Made by a program: the position numbers and the translations under genes. Shown here one piece after another: positions 51,931 to 61,668 of a stretch of 64,000 nucleotides of DNA. Position 1 is the first letter of the stretch; the number at the start of each line of letters is the position of its first letter. This DNA comes from a virus. Under the pieces are notes generated by a model. It was not told the DNA's origin. It searched no databases and saw nothing but the letters and a program-made list of their open reading frames with translations. The DNA is taken from IMG/VR virus record IMGVR_UViG_3300021963_000034, positions 89,556 to 153,555 of that record; one strand, 5' to 3'.

Positions 51931-52179
51931 ATGCTAACATTTAGAGAGTTCTACGAAATCTGTGAAGGAAAGAAACCAGATACTCCACCCCAAGCAGTTC
52001 CTGGAACTTATAAGAGAGACAGTGAAGGAACTATTTCTTATACTCTTCAGAGTTATGATGGACCATTGGGTAAACCAAAAAAGAAAGAAATTGATAATCT
52101 AGTTGTAAAGCGTAGTGGTGGAAAAGCAGTTACGGATCGACTCAAAAAGTTAGCAAAATCATCTAAAAAGATTGAATAG
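51931..52179 (+). CDS. putative internal head protein
   Basis: MLTFREFYEICE capsid-targeting-like N-terminus; TAAATA at 51905. Confidence 0.55.
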   Translation: MLTFREFYEICEGKKPDTPPQAVPGTYKRDSEGTISYTLQSYDGPLGKPKKKEIDNLVVKRSGGKAVTDRLKKLAKSSKKIE

Positions 52180-52256
52180 CAAACTCTACCTATGAGAGCA
52201 GTAAATAAACCTTTTGAATTTGAGTGATAATAAATAACTAAAAAGCATTTGTAGAG

Positions 52257-53864
52257 ATGAATTCGAGGGAATATAGGGAACTAATCCAGGCATGTCAAAA
52301 TGTCTATGAGCAAAAGATTGGTGTTCCTCTAGATAAACCAACTGATGATGCCGCAGCAAGAAAACTGCAGCAAATGATTCCTAAAGGTGAAAAGGTTTAT
52401 GTTCCTAAGAGTGGATTGCAAAAAGCACATTATGAACCAGAGGGTAATTTAGTTGATGAGCAACAAGATCTTTTTGACATTGTAAAAAGTTATCTTCTTG
52501 ATGAAGGTTATGTAACAACCGAAGAAGAAGCACTCTATATGATGTCAAATATGAGTGAAGAAACAATACGAAATATTATTGAAGCAGCGGTACAACCAAG
52601 TTTAATTACTTCAAAAGGAAAAGCGCAGAACTTTACCAAACCAAATAGAGTTCCTTTTACTTCTAGCACACCAGTTTCAACACGTTCAACCACACAAGCA
52701 AAACCACCAAATAGACCATCTGGAGGATTTGGCAATAAACCTGCTGGACAATTAAAACTAGATCTCAATAAACCATCAACAAAACCTGTTGCAATACAAC
52801 AAAGATCGCAACAGTTTAGAGATGTTCAAAGATTGAACAAAACAACTGGCGGTGGTGTGATGGGGACAACTAAACCAACAAATCTTGAACCAAGAGCACC
52901 AAAACCTGCTTGGAAACCAACAACAAAACCTGCAGCAACTTCTACAAAACCCACAACAACTGCAACGAAACCCGCAGCAAAACCCACAACAACTTCTACA
53001 AAACCAAATACTTATAGACCTGGTGCTACTGTTCGTGCAACTGGTCCTAATATGGATAAGTTCCCAGAACTTCAGAGATTTGCTAATCAAGCAAGAAAAG
53101 TTGCTGAACCAGTGTCTAAAGTTGCTGGTGCAGTTGCTGCATTAAGAAACATTACTCCTGCTGGTGTTGCTGCTGCTGTTATGGCACCAAGACCTACTGC
53201 AGATGGAACTTTAACAGCAGCATTAAAGAGAGGTGACTATAAACCAAAACAGGGTCCAGCAAATCCAGACCAAGGATTAACAAAATCACAATCATTTGAT
53301 AAAGCATTTGCTGCTGCCCGTAAATCAAATAAAACTGGATTCACTTGGAATAATAAAACATACAATACAAAGATGAAAGAATCAGTTGATGATTTTAATA
53401 TGATTCAAGATTATCTGATTTCTGAAGGATATGTTGATAATGCAAAAGCAGCAAGTGCTATTGTTGAAAATATGAGTGAAGATTGGTTAGATGTTGTTCT
53501 TGAAGATTTAGAAGAAAGAAGAAAGCAGTTGATGCAAAGACAAAGGCAACAAGTAACTGCATCACAAGAACGTGTCGCATCTTATCAACAAGCAAAAAGA
53601 AGAAAGCGTCAAAAAGCACAAGAAAAAGAGCAACTTAAGAATGAATTGAGAAAAGAATTGCGTCGTGAAGCAGTTGGTGATCCAATCAGTCCAAGCAGTG
53701 TATATAAGTTAAGTGATAAAGATGTTCAAAAAAATCTTCAATCTACGATGAAACCTGCTGGTCCTGCTCCAATGAAACCAGCAGCACCAAAACCAAAACA
53801 ACAATCATCTTCAGATAGATTTGTAAAAAGAATTGTAGGAAGCACTATGCTTTCTCCTCTCTGA
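52257..53864 (+). CDS. putative internal virion protein, basic, K/P/T low-complexity
   Basis: ATAAATA at 52230; duplicated YL..EGYV.....A.....NMSE motif; HYEPEG; FDKAFAAARK motif. Confidence 0.6.
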   Translation: MNSREYRELIQACQNVYEQKIGVPLDKPTDDAAARKLQQMIPKGEKVYVPKSGLQKAHYEPEGNLVDEQQDLFDIVKSYLLDEGYVTTEEEALYMMSNMSEETIRNIIEAAVQPSLITSKGKAQNFTKPNRVPFTSSTPVSTRSTTQAKPPNRPSGGFGNKPAGQLKLDLNKPSTKPVAIQQRSQQFRDVQRLNKTTGGGVMGTTKPTNLEPRAPKPAWKPTTKPAATSTKPTTTATKPAAKPTTTSTKPNTYRPGATVRATGPNMDKFPELQRFANQARKVAEPVSKVAGAVAALRNITPAGVAAAVMAPRPTADGTLTAALKRGDYKPKQGPANPDQGLTKSQSFDKAFAAARKSNKTGFTWNNKTYNTKMKESVDDFNMIQDYLISEGYVDNAKAASAIVENMSEDWLDVVLEDLEERRKQLMQRQRQQVTASQERVASYQQAKRRKRQKAQEKEQLKNELRKELRREAVGDPISPSSVYKLSDKDVQKNLQSTMKPAGPAPMKPAAPKPKQQSSSDRFVKRIVGSTMLSPL

Positions 53865-53883
53865 ATTAAAGTTACTTACTAAG

Positions 53884-53941
53884 TGGACACCTTGATAACT
53901 GTCCACTACCACTAAACAAGCACTCAAATCTCCTGTATATT
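53884..53941 (+). promoter_or_regulatory. palindrome-promoter element #11
   Basis: perfect AGTGGACA-N10-TGTCCACT; TATATT 30 bp downstream. Confidence 0.75.
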
Positions 53942-53966
53942 ACATTTGTTCAGTTGAAACACACCA

Positions 53967-54107
53967 ATGAACCACTTTGATGACATTCAAATTGAAGAGT
54001 CTGCTGGTTTTGACTTTGCAGAAGCATCCTATGAGGATCTCTTCGATGAAGTTGAAAATGAAGACAAAACCTTCAATGTTTTTCTGAACAGCAACTACGA
54101 TTATTGA
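53967..54107 (+). CDS. small very acidic protein, not in ORF track
   Basis: MNHFDDIQIEESAGFDFAEASYEDLFDEVENED. Confidence 0.6.
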   Translation: MNHFDDIQIEESAGFDFAEASYEDLFDEVENEDKTFNVFLNSNYDY

Positions 54108-54305
54108 TCATGACTGACACTGTAAATGTTCTGCCTCATCTGAACGAACTGAAAGAAACTTGGCGTCGTCAAGATTTTTCTTTCACTCGCCAACAACAGG
54201 AAGAATATGATCTTCTGCTTCAAGCACGGCGAGAAAGGGTAAAGTATTTCTATGACAATAATCTAGTCTGCAAAATTAGCAAATCTGCTCAAGATAAACT
54301 GAAAG

Positions 54306-54364
54306 AGGACAATTAAACAACTGTCACAAGGGAACTCACATGGTTCCCTTTTTTGCTTTATCAT
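54306..54364 (+). promoter_or_regulatory. palindrome-promoter element #12
   Basis: AGGACA-attaaacaac-TGTCAC; aagggaac/gttccctt hairpin plus T-tract; TATCAT. Confidence 0.75.
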
Positions 54365-54385
54365 GAACTTGTGAACAAAACACCA

Positions 54386-55282
54386 ATGCAAAACAAGCAC
54401 ATTGAGCATCCAGAAGACACAATCCTGACAGGTGATCTATCTGTGTTGGATTGGATGTATGAACCTGATAGTTTTATCAGCGTCAAGATGGATGGATCTC
54501 CTGCTATTGTGTGGGGTCGTAATCCTGCCAATGGTAAGTTCTTCGTTGGTACTAAATCTGTTTTCAACAAAGTAAAGATTAAGATCAATCATTCTCATGA
54601 AGAAATTGATGCGAACCATGAAGGCAAAGTTGCGACTATTCTTCATGCTTGCTTTGATAGTCTACCTCGCACAAATCGTATCTATCAAGGTGATTTTATT
54701 GGTACTGGCGGGAGTGATACTTATCTCCCCAATACGATCACTTACAAGTTCAATGAGGTGATCGAGCAAAGTGTAATCATTTGTCCTCACACTGAATATA
54801 TCTGTGAGGATGATCTTCGCAATGCTGTTGCATATCCTCTTACCAAACAGTTTGCTGATACTCTTGATGTGAAGTGGGTGCAACCAGAAGCATATATCTG
54901 CCCAGATCGTGAAGATATTGAAGACTTCTGTAAGTTTGCTAAGCAAATGAGCACTCTTTGCACTTTTGTGAATGACAAACAAGCAGCAGAATTGAAAAAA
55001 GTTATCAATTCCTACATTCGTGAGGATAAGGAGGTGGATGAGCATGAAATTGCAGAAAATTATGATGTTGACATTAACTTGATACGATTGTGGAAGTTAG
55101 TTGAGTCTATCAAGATGGATTTGTTTTTCTTCATTGAATCTGACACTGATGTTACTTGTGAGATTGATGGTAAGTTTAGCGATCACGAAGGGTATGTCAT
55201 GACAAACCAACATGGAACTTACAAGATTGTTGATCGCAGTGAGTTTAGTAGATTGAATTTTACAATTCCAAAATCTTGGTAA
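54386..55282 (+). CDS. DUF6267-like protein (KxDG nucleotidyltransferase/ligase-like fold)
   Basis: HIEHPED...SVKMDGSPAIVWG...FVGTKSVFN...YQGDF...HEGYV...KIVDR. Confidence 0.7.
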   Translation: MQNKHIEHPEDTILTGDLSVLDWMYEPDSFISVKMDGSPAIVWGRNPANGKFFVGTKSVFNKVKIKINHSHEEIDANHEGKVATILHACFDSLPRTNRIYQGDFIGTGGSDTYLPNTITYKFNEVIEQSVIICPHTEYICEDDLRNAVAYPLTKQFADTLDVKWVQPEAYICPDREDIEDFCKFAKQMSTLCTFVNDKQAAELKKVINSYIREDKEVDEHEIAENYDVDINLIRLWKLVESIKMDLFFFIESDTDVTCEIDGKFSDHEGYVMTNQHGTYKIVDRSEFSRLNFTIPKSW

Positions 55283-55290
55283 CTCTAAAC

Positions 55291-55311
55291 ACCACCTTCG
55301 GGTGGTTTTTT
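55291..55311 (+). terminator. intrinsic terminator
   Basis: accacc-ttcg-ggtggt-ttttt, followed by late promoter AATAAATA. Confidence 0.8.
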
Positions 55312-55339
55312 AATAAATACTCAAAAAGTGTTTGTAGAA

Positions 55340-55753
55340 ATGGCAGCGAAGAAGAACCTTAAAACTTTCAGAGAGTTTATTGAGATCACAGAAGCAAAGA
55401 AACTAACACATAAGTTTCCTCTTTCTTCTGATGAACGTGAGACTGCAAGAAGAATTGGAAGAATGGCAGATTCTGATGCAAAACCAGAAAGACGACAGAC
55501 ATCAACACCAACCAGATCTGCAAGAAAAATAAGAAAATTTGATTTGTCTTCAATCGTAAAAGAAGGTGAAGAGCAAATCAATGAAATGCCCTATCAAATC
55601 TATGGTCCTGGTCCTCATGGTCCTAGTGATGCAGAACCACAACCATTAGGCAAACCATATAAGAACAAAAAGAGAGCAAAAACCAGAGCAGATAAGTTAG
55701 ATCAAGAAATTGGTGGTTATCGTCATTTTGTTCGCAAAGTGGATGAAAACTGA
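55340..55753 (+). CDS. putative internal head protein
   Basis: KTFREFIEITE motif; late promoter at 55312. Confidence 0.55.
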   Translation: MAAKKNLKTFREFIEITEAKKLTHKFPLSSDERETARRIGRMADSDAKPERRQTSTPTRSARKIRKFDLSSIVKEGEEQINEMPYQIYGPGPHGPSDAEPQPLGKPYKNKKRAKTRADKLDQEIGGYRHFVRKVDEN

Positions 55754-55773
55754 TGAAAACATTTAAGGAATGA
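55753..55773 (+). pseudogene. 6-codon remnant MKTFKE* truncated at element #13
   Basis: ATG AAA ACA TTT AAG GAA TGA; coupled to the upstream stop; TGA is the left arm of the element. Confidence 0.45.
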
Positions 55774-55826
55774 CACTTTGAAAACTGTCACATTTCTCTT
55801 CATGACTTTGTGTTTTATGATATAAT
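55770..55826 (+). promoter_or_regulatory. palindrome-promoter element #13
   Basis: ATGACA-ctttgaaaac-TGTCAC; TATAAT 29 bp downstream. Confidence 0.75.
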
Positions 55827-55844
55827 TGAGAAAATAATAAAATT

Positions 55845-56273
55845 ATGCAACTTAATCTCACTGCAATTAAAAAGGATTCTATCTGGGTTTTTGATCATGA
55901 ACATCAAAACACTGTAGAGGAACCATTATGCAATGGTACTGAACTTGTTTTGAATGAATACTTTGAGATTGATATGAGTCGATCTGCTAAAGAAGGAGAT
56001 CAACTCCGAATTAGTGTAAATACGGATCCTTTTGAACAATATGATACTGAACTTCAACTTCAAAAAATTGATGATGTGGGATCTGTTTATTTGGATACAG
56101 AACTCTATGAAGAAGTTTGGTTATGTCCTTGGTTACAATCTTATTTTGGAAATGTACCTGAAAAATTATATGTAAAGATTGATGCTGTTAATCCAGGTTT
56201 AGAACAATATAAGAAAACAATGCGAACAGGTGTAAATCCATTTTCTAAATACTTAAAAAAAGTATTTCAATGA
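55845..56273 (+). CDS. DUF6717-like protein
   Basis: WVFD...EPLCNG...WLCPWLQSYFGNVPEKLYV. Confidence 0.65.
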   Translation: MQLNLTAIKKDSIWVFDHEHQNTVEEPLCNGTELVLNEYFEIDMSRSAKEGDQLRISVNTDPFEQYDTELQLQKIDDVGSVYLDTELYEEVWLCPWLQSYFGNVPEKLYVKIDAVNPGLEQYKKTMRTGVNPFSKYLKKVFQ

Positions 56274-56998
56274 TTACCTTTAGAGAGTTCTTAGAATTAG
56301 CAGAAAGTTCTACTGGAGAACGTGGAAAGCGTAGATTAGCACCTAAAGGTCCAAAGGGAAGTAGATATGAAAGAACAGCACAAAGACATGATACTGTTGA
56401 TCGTGTTGCACTAAAAAAAGCAGGTTTTAAGCGTTCTTCTAATCAAGACTATTATCCACAAGATAATGTAACCTCTAGTTCTCCACATCATGACACTGTG
56501 ATTTCCACATATAAAAATCAAAGTGATTTTGCAAAGCATAATGTAAAAGGAAAACTCAAAAATGCAGGAAGAACTGCAACTGGAGCACCAAAGAAAAAAG
56601 TTGTTCCAACAGCAGAAAGAGTTAGACATCTTAAAGCATTAAGAAAACAGTTAGGTGGTGATAGAACATCAAGACAAGTTCATGATGTTTCGATTCATGC
56701 AAAAGATGATCAAGAACATCAAAAGAATGACCCAAAACAGTTAATTTCAAGAGGAAAAAGTTTTAAGAAAGAAGTTAAAGCAGTTCCATCTGCAACTAAA
56801 CAAGTTGGTGGAAAAGCAGGAGACAAAGTAGTAGGTAGACCTGCTGAAGTTCAATCAATGCCTGATAGTATGTCAGCGAGTCAAAAAGTTGCATTAAGAA
56901 AGAAAGGCGCAACAAAACGTGGAAAGATTTACAATAAAGAATTGGGTGGTTCTAAGACAAATCCTAAAACAGGATTAAACATTGGAAATCTTAAGTGA
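56270..56998 (+). CDS. putative internal head protein, very basic
   Basis: MITFREFLELAE; TAAATA at 56246. Confidence 0.6.
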   Translation: MITFREFLELAESSTGERGKRRLAPKGPKGSRYERTAQRHDTVDRVALKKAGFKRSSNQDYYPQDNVTSSSPHHDTVISTYKNQSDFAKHNVKGKLKNAGRTATGAPKKKVVPTAERVRHLKALRKQLGGDRTSRQVHDVSIHAKDDQEHQKNDPKQLISRGKSFKKEVKAVPSATKQVGGKAGDKVVGRPAEVQSMPDSMSASQKVALRKKGATKRGKIYNKELGGSKTNPKTGLNIGNLK

Positions 56999-57051
56999 CA
57001 CTTGAAGAACTGTCACATGGTATGAGCACAGTGCTCTAAATCGTGTATTGT
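56995..57051 (+). promoter_or_regulatory. palindrome-promoter element #14
   Basis: GTGACA-cttgaagaac-TGTCAC; gagcac-a-gtgctc; TATTGT. Confidence 0.8.
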
Positions 57052-57075
57052 ATCTGTGTTGAGACAAATCACTTC

Positions 57076-57429
57076 ATGACTGCAACTCAAACCATGATTC
57101 TGTTCGAGACTGGCAATGATCTCTCTGATGATTTCATGAAAGTTTGTTATCGTCGCATGAAGTCTGACAGTTTTGATGTGTATGAAATGATTGGAAACCC
57201 TAAGGTTTCTATCAAGCATCGTGCTCGTCGTGGACCTTCTGAACTGATTAAAGAAGATCCTATCGAGGGTAACACTTACGTTGCAGGAATTGCTTATGAT
57301 TCTTTTGATGTTTGGGTAGATTTTCAAGATCCTGATTCTAGCACTGGTCGTCCTGGTTGTTCCAAATGTGTTGGAGAGGATATTCGTACCTTTGCTGATG
57401 CTATCTCGATTGCACAAGAATATATTTAA
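57076..57429 (+). CDS. hypothetical protein (single-gene cassette)
   Basis: lies between elements #14 and #15. Confidence 0.6.
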   Translation: MTATQTMILFETGNDLSDDFMKVCYRRMKSDSFDVYEMIGNPKVSIKHRARRGPSELIKEDPIEGNTYVAGIAYDSFDVWVDFQDPDSSTGRPGCSKCVGEDIRTFADAISIAQEYI

Positions 57430-57440
57430 TGCGTAAAAGG

Positions 57441-57499
57441 TGGACAGTCTCTAAACTGTCCACCAGACCTTCCAGAATCGCCCACAGTGCCCTTATACT
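57441..57499 (+). promoter_or_regulatory. palindrome-promoter element #15
   Basis: perfect GGTGGACAG-N8-CTGTCCACC; TATACT. Confidence 0.75.
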
Positions 57500-57631
57500 G
57501 TATCTGTTGAGTCAAACTACCATCTGCTAATTGATTATGGCAACTGGTGTTTTCTTTCTGATTGGTTACTGTATGGGAGCAGGAAATGTTCTCCTGATTC
57601 AGTATTTGTCCCGTAAAGGTGTTATCTGATT

Positions 57632-57775
57632 ATGAAGTACGAAGTTCAACTCTACGTTGGTGGTAAAGTCTTTAAGGAAGAGGTTTATGCAAACTCTCCT
57701 AAAGATGCCCGCGAAACTGCGCAAGCACGAAACCCAACTGCAAAGATTGTCGGTGTAAATGGAGTGTTCAAATGA
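57632..57775 (+). CDS. small conserved cyanophage-type protein, not in ORF track
   Basis: MKYEVQLYVGGKVFKEEVYANSPKDARETAQARNPTAKIVGVN. Confidence 0.6.
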   Translation: MKYEVQLYVGGKVFKEEVYANSPKDARETAQARNPTAKIVGVNGVFK

Positions 57776-57929
57776 TTAAACCGATTGACAAACAACACTG
57801 GGAAGATCTGTATGCTCGTCTCCACGATGCTTATGTGGAGTGTATGAAGCACAATAATCCAACATATGAACAGAAGATAGCACAGGTTCTGGACCACATG
57901 ATTATCAACAAAAAGTATCTCTACATACG

Positions 57930-58987
57930 ATGACTTACACTATCACCAAACACATTAAAATTGAACACGATGAAGATGGTTTTAGTTTTGATTTCACTGC
58001 CGATGAGTATGGAACTGTGAGTGTGGAGGATGGTAATGGACCAGGATATCAAACTATTCACATTCCCAAAGATTGTATTCAACACTTTATTGATGTACTG
58101 GAGCAATTCAAATGAACTACCTTTGCTTCGTTGATGGTTTGTTAGAGTTTGCCAGCACTGACCCTTCTTCTTTCGCACACTATCAGTTAGTGTATGCTGA
58201 AGAGCACAAGAACGCTAATGTTCAGTATCTTACTCTAACTGACGAAGAATACGATGAAATGTTCCCTTATGAGGAGGATGAAGAATGACTTTACTTGAAA
58301 CTCTTGATTACTTTCTCACAGAAACAGCAGCAGATTTGGATGGTTTGTCTTGGGAAATCCGTGAGGAAACTAACTACGAAGACAATAATGTAGATGGTTT
58401 GAGTGAGATTTATGACTTCAATAAAGAACTTTATGATAATCTCAAACAAATCAAATCTATCATTGAGAATGTGAAATGAGTAGCACAATCCCTGACACTG
58501 AAATGACTTATGATGAACAAATCAAAGAAATGACTGTCACAAAGTCTCTCAAACTTCTGCGTGATGGGTTCAAGAATGAACTTGCCACTGCTCTATTCGC
58601 AGATGAGCGCACAACTGAACTCTTTGCCCAACTGATTAGTGAGTTTGTAGAGACAAACATTCCTGTGGTTGATGATGAGAACCAGATGGAACTTTCGATG
58701 ATGCTGTTGGAAACTCTTGACATTGTAGCACGATGACTTACTCTAACCTCTCAAAGATTCGCCCGAAGTTGAGGACAACTGGGCGTGTGTCGGGTAACTT
58801 TGGAAAGAATCGTGTGCAGGCAGGTTCATCACTCAATGAAATCGGTGGTGATGGTAACATAGGTGCTACACAGAATGAGTATCTAAATCGACTGTATTAT
58901 GCTTTTGATAACACTACCGACCCTAAACTTCGTCACTTCATTTATACTGAAATCAAAAAGATTCTCATTCAGCAAGGTAAATGGTGA
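57930..58987 (+). other. coupled small hypothetical ORFs (57930, 58112, 58285, 58476, 58733)
   Basis: ATGA overlaps. Confidence 0.65.
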
Positions 58988-59040
58988 CAGTTGAGGAACT
59001 GGCACACTAAATCTCCACGGTGTCAGTTTTCCTGTATTCT
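58984..59040 (+). promoter_or_regulatory. palindrome-promoter element #16
   Basis: GTGACA-gttgaggaac-TGGCAC; TATTCT. Confidence 0.8.
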
Positions 59041-60038
59041 ATAAGAGTCAAAGGATTTCAACCATGATCACTGACACCACACAAGATGCACAGATGCGTC
59101 GATCAATCAAAAACGCAATTCTGAACACTGATCTTCAAACTCTTCAACGTGTTGCTTATGAACAACAGTGTGAAATGTTTGGTTTGAATCCTGATTCTTG
59201 GAAACTATTTCCTGAGGAATGAACAATGAACACCGCATTTGTCTCTCCAAAATCTAAGAAAGCAAAAAACCGATTCTGTAACTTGATGCAATCCGAATCG
59301 GAGTGTATTGTTGAACAAAACAAAGGTGATCGTGTATTTTTGCGTTCACTGAATGGAAAAAACTTTTTCTGGGTTAATCTCAACAACGATTCTGATTGGA
59401 GCATTGAACTGTGACTGAAACTCAAGAACAACTGATTCGCAACATTGAACAACAACTTGAAAATCTAATGTTGTTGGATGAAGATCTTGCATGGGAGTAT
59501 GAATCTGCATTGTATTATGATTGCAATGATGATGAAGAACCACAACCCATTGTAGAAAACTTCACTCCTGAACTTCTATCTGAACTTGAAAAAGTTGTTT
59601 ATGACCGCGACAGCACAACTAAAACCATGAAACTCTACATTCTCAAAGAAGTTCTTTACGATTACACTGACGGCATGTGTATCATTGCTGCAGAATCTAT
59701 GCCTCAATGTGAACAGATTTTTATGGAAGAGTTTGGGTATTTTACTGATTGTAATGGTGAGAGAATAAAGGATGAAAAAACACAAAAAGAGTTCAACAAT
59801 GCCAAGGTGACTATTATTGAAAGTGTAGGACTTGATGAAGCAGGTATTGTTGAATATGTGTACGGTGGAGGTTAATTCAATGACTGATTATGGTTTTTAT
59901 TCTGTAGAAGAACTCACCGAACTTGATGATTCTGATTTATCTTTTGAGATTGCAGATACAGCACTGTTAAAGACACCAGAAGCAGATGAGTATTTGAATC
60001 AACTTATCAAAGAATTGCAGCGTCGAAACTGATAGCAT

Positions 60039-60082
60039 GTGACACAAGTACAAGTGGCACAGTGCTCAAAATCCTGTATTCT
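60039..60082 (+). promoter_or_regulatory. palindrome-promoter element #17 (13-bp internal deletion)
   Basis: GTGACA-caagtacaag-TGGCAC; TATTCT only 16 bp downstream. Confidence 0.7.
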
Positions 60083-60107
60083 TAAAGAGTCAAAGCAATT
60101 CAAGCAA

Positions 60108-60461
60108 ATGACTACCACTTTCGCTGATCAAGTTGCTCAACAAGATGCAAAGAACAGCATCCAACTTAACATTGTTAAGTATGGTCTGATGTTGTGTGAT
60201 GCACTGCAACAAGATGCTCCTAGTGGGTATCATTATTCTTTAGATTCTTCTGGTCGTAAGTATCACAAAGTGTTCATGCACATTGGTGATCGTCGTGACA
60301 GTATTCATGCTTTTATTGATAAGAAGACTGGTGGTGTGTATAAACCAGCAACTGTAAAAGCACCTGCAAAGATTGAAAGATTTAATCTTCTTCTGATTAA
60401 AGATCGTGAGTGGTTGTTTGAGAACGCAACTTGGCACGGTGGTTATCTCTATCTCCGCTGA
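60108..60461 (+). CDS. conserved phage protein
   Basis: GRKYHKV...SIHAFIDKKTGGVYKPATVKAPAK...WHGGYLY. Confidence 0.65.
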   Translation: MTTTFADQVAQQDAKNSIQLNIVKYGLMLCDALQQDAPSGYHYSLDSSGRKYHKVFMHIGDRRDSIHAFIDKKTGGVYKPATVKAPAKIERFNLLLIKDREWLFENATWHGGYLYLR

Positions 60462-60469
60462 TGTCAAGT

Positions 60470-60532
60470 GACTGTGTGCCAGTTCGATTTCTGGCACACA
60501 GTCCTCCCAAAGCACTCAAAATCATGTATTCT
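60470..60532 (+). promoter_or_regulatory. palindrome-promoter element #18 (13-8-13 perfect inverted repeat)
   Basis: GACTGTGTGCCAG-ttcgattt-CTGGCACACAGTC; TATTCT. Confidence 0.8.
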
Positions 60533-60557
60533 TAAGAAGTTCAAGGGATCGCACCCA

Positions 60558-61621
60558 ATGATCGAGTTTCCTACACTTCAGTCAAAGGATGGAACAATGC
60601 TCGTGGGATTTTATCCCATTGAAGATTGCTCCACTCACATTCTCAAGATTCTTTCTTGGAAAGGTGTTGATACAATCTCTCAGAAGTGCATCAGCAAGAA
60701 AGATGCAATCCGCGAGATTGATGAGAGAATCGCACTTGATTATGTCATCACTGGTGACAACATTGGTCTGGTTCAAGAGTACAACTTTATGCAAGGTGCA
60801 GTTTGATGACTAAAACCACTCTCACTTTTGAAGAACTGGATGCACTTCTGGCAGTTCTTGAATCTAGCGATTGGATTTACTTGACTGAACTTACAGAAGC
60901 AGACATTCCTGCTCTGTATGATAAACTCACTGAAATGAGGGATGAAGTCTGATGCAATTCCAAGTTACTGACATTGAGTTTGATTTCACTGGTGCTGAAG
61001 ATGAAATCTCTGTAGAAGAGATGAACGCAATCACTGAAGAAACAATCGGTCAGATTGTAGAAGCAGATGATGAAGAAGATCTAGTCGAAGAGATTACATC
61101 TTGGACTGGTTGGTGCATTAAGTCCATTGATTTCCGTCACATTCTGAAATGACTATTTCTCCTGAAAAGCAACGACAAATCGAAGAAAGTGTAGGGTTAA
61201 TTGGTGAAGCATTTGGTGCATTGATTGGTGGTCTAATTGCCGCTGCAATCATCGCAGGTGTGATGTATGCAATTCTCCACTTTTTGATTGGTTTGACGAT
61301 CACCTATTGGCAGGTATTTGGTGTGATTCTAATTCTTCATTACATCAAAAACTTTCTGAATAAATGATTTCTCTTCCTAACTTCACAAACAAAATGGAAC
61401 TTACTCAAGACCAATACGATAAACTGCTTGCACTCTACATCGAGTCGATTGTTGATGGTATGGACCTCGACTGTTTGGTACAATTTGCAAGTGAAACGAT
61501 TGAAGAGAATCTCCGCGAAACTTGCTCTGCACCTGATGAATTGATTGAAGAGATTTCACGCTTTTATGATGAAGAATATGTGAACGATATGATTGAAAGT
61601 GTAGTAAATGTAGACAGTTGA
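60558..61621 (+). other. coupled small hypothetical ORFs (60558, 60806, 60952, 61149, 61364)
   Basis: overlapping start/stop codons; several acidic. Confidence 0.65.
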
Positions 61622-61668
61622 GGAACTGGCACAAGGTCAGTAGCAACCACACCAAGATCCTGTATTCT
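61611..61668 (+). promoter_or_regulatory. palindrome-promoter element #19
   Basis: TAGACA-gttgaggaac-TGGCAC; TATTCT. Confidence 0.8.

Noticed and set aside
56995-57017. Element as a CRP or NtcA site
   Set aside because: TGTGA...TCACA half-sites would be 14 bp apart rather than 6; there is no GTA-N8-TAC consensus.
30062-61632. TGGCAC as a sigma54 -24 box
   Set aside because: No consistent TTGC at the -12 position, TGGCAC alternates with TGTCAC and TGTCCA as a palindrome arm, and cyanobacteria lack sigma54.
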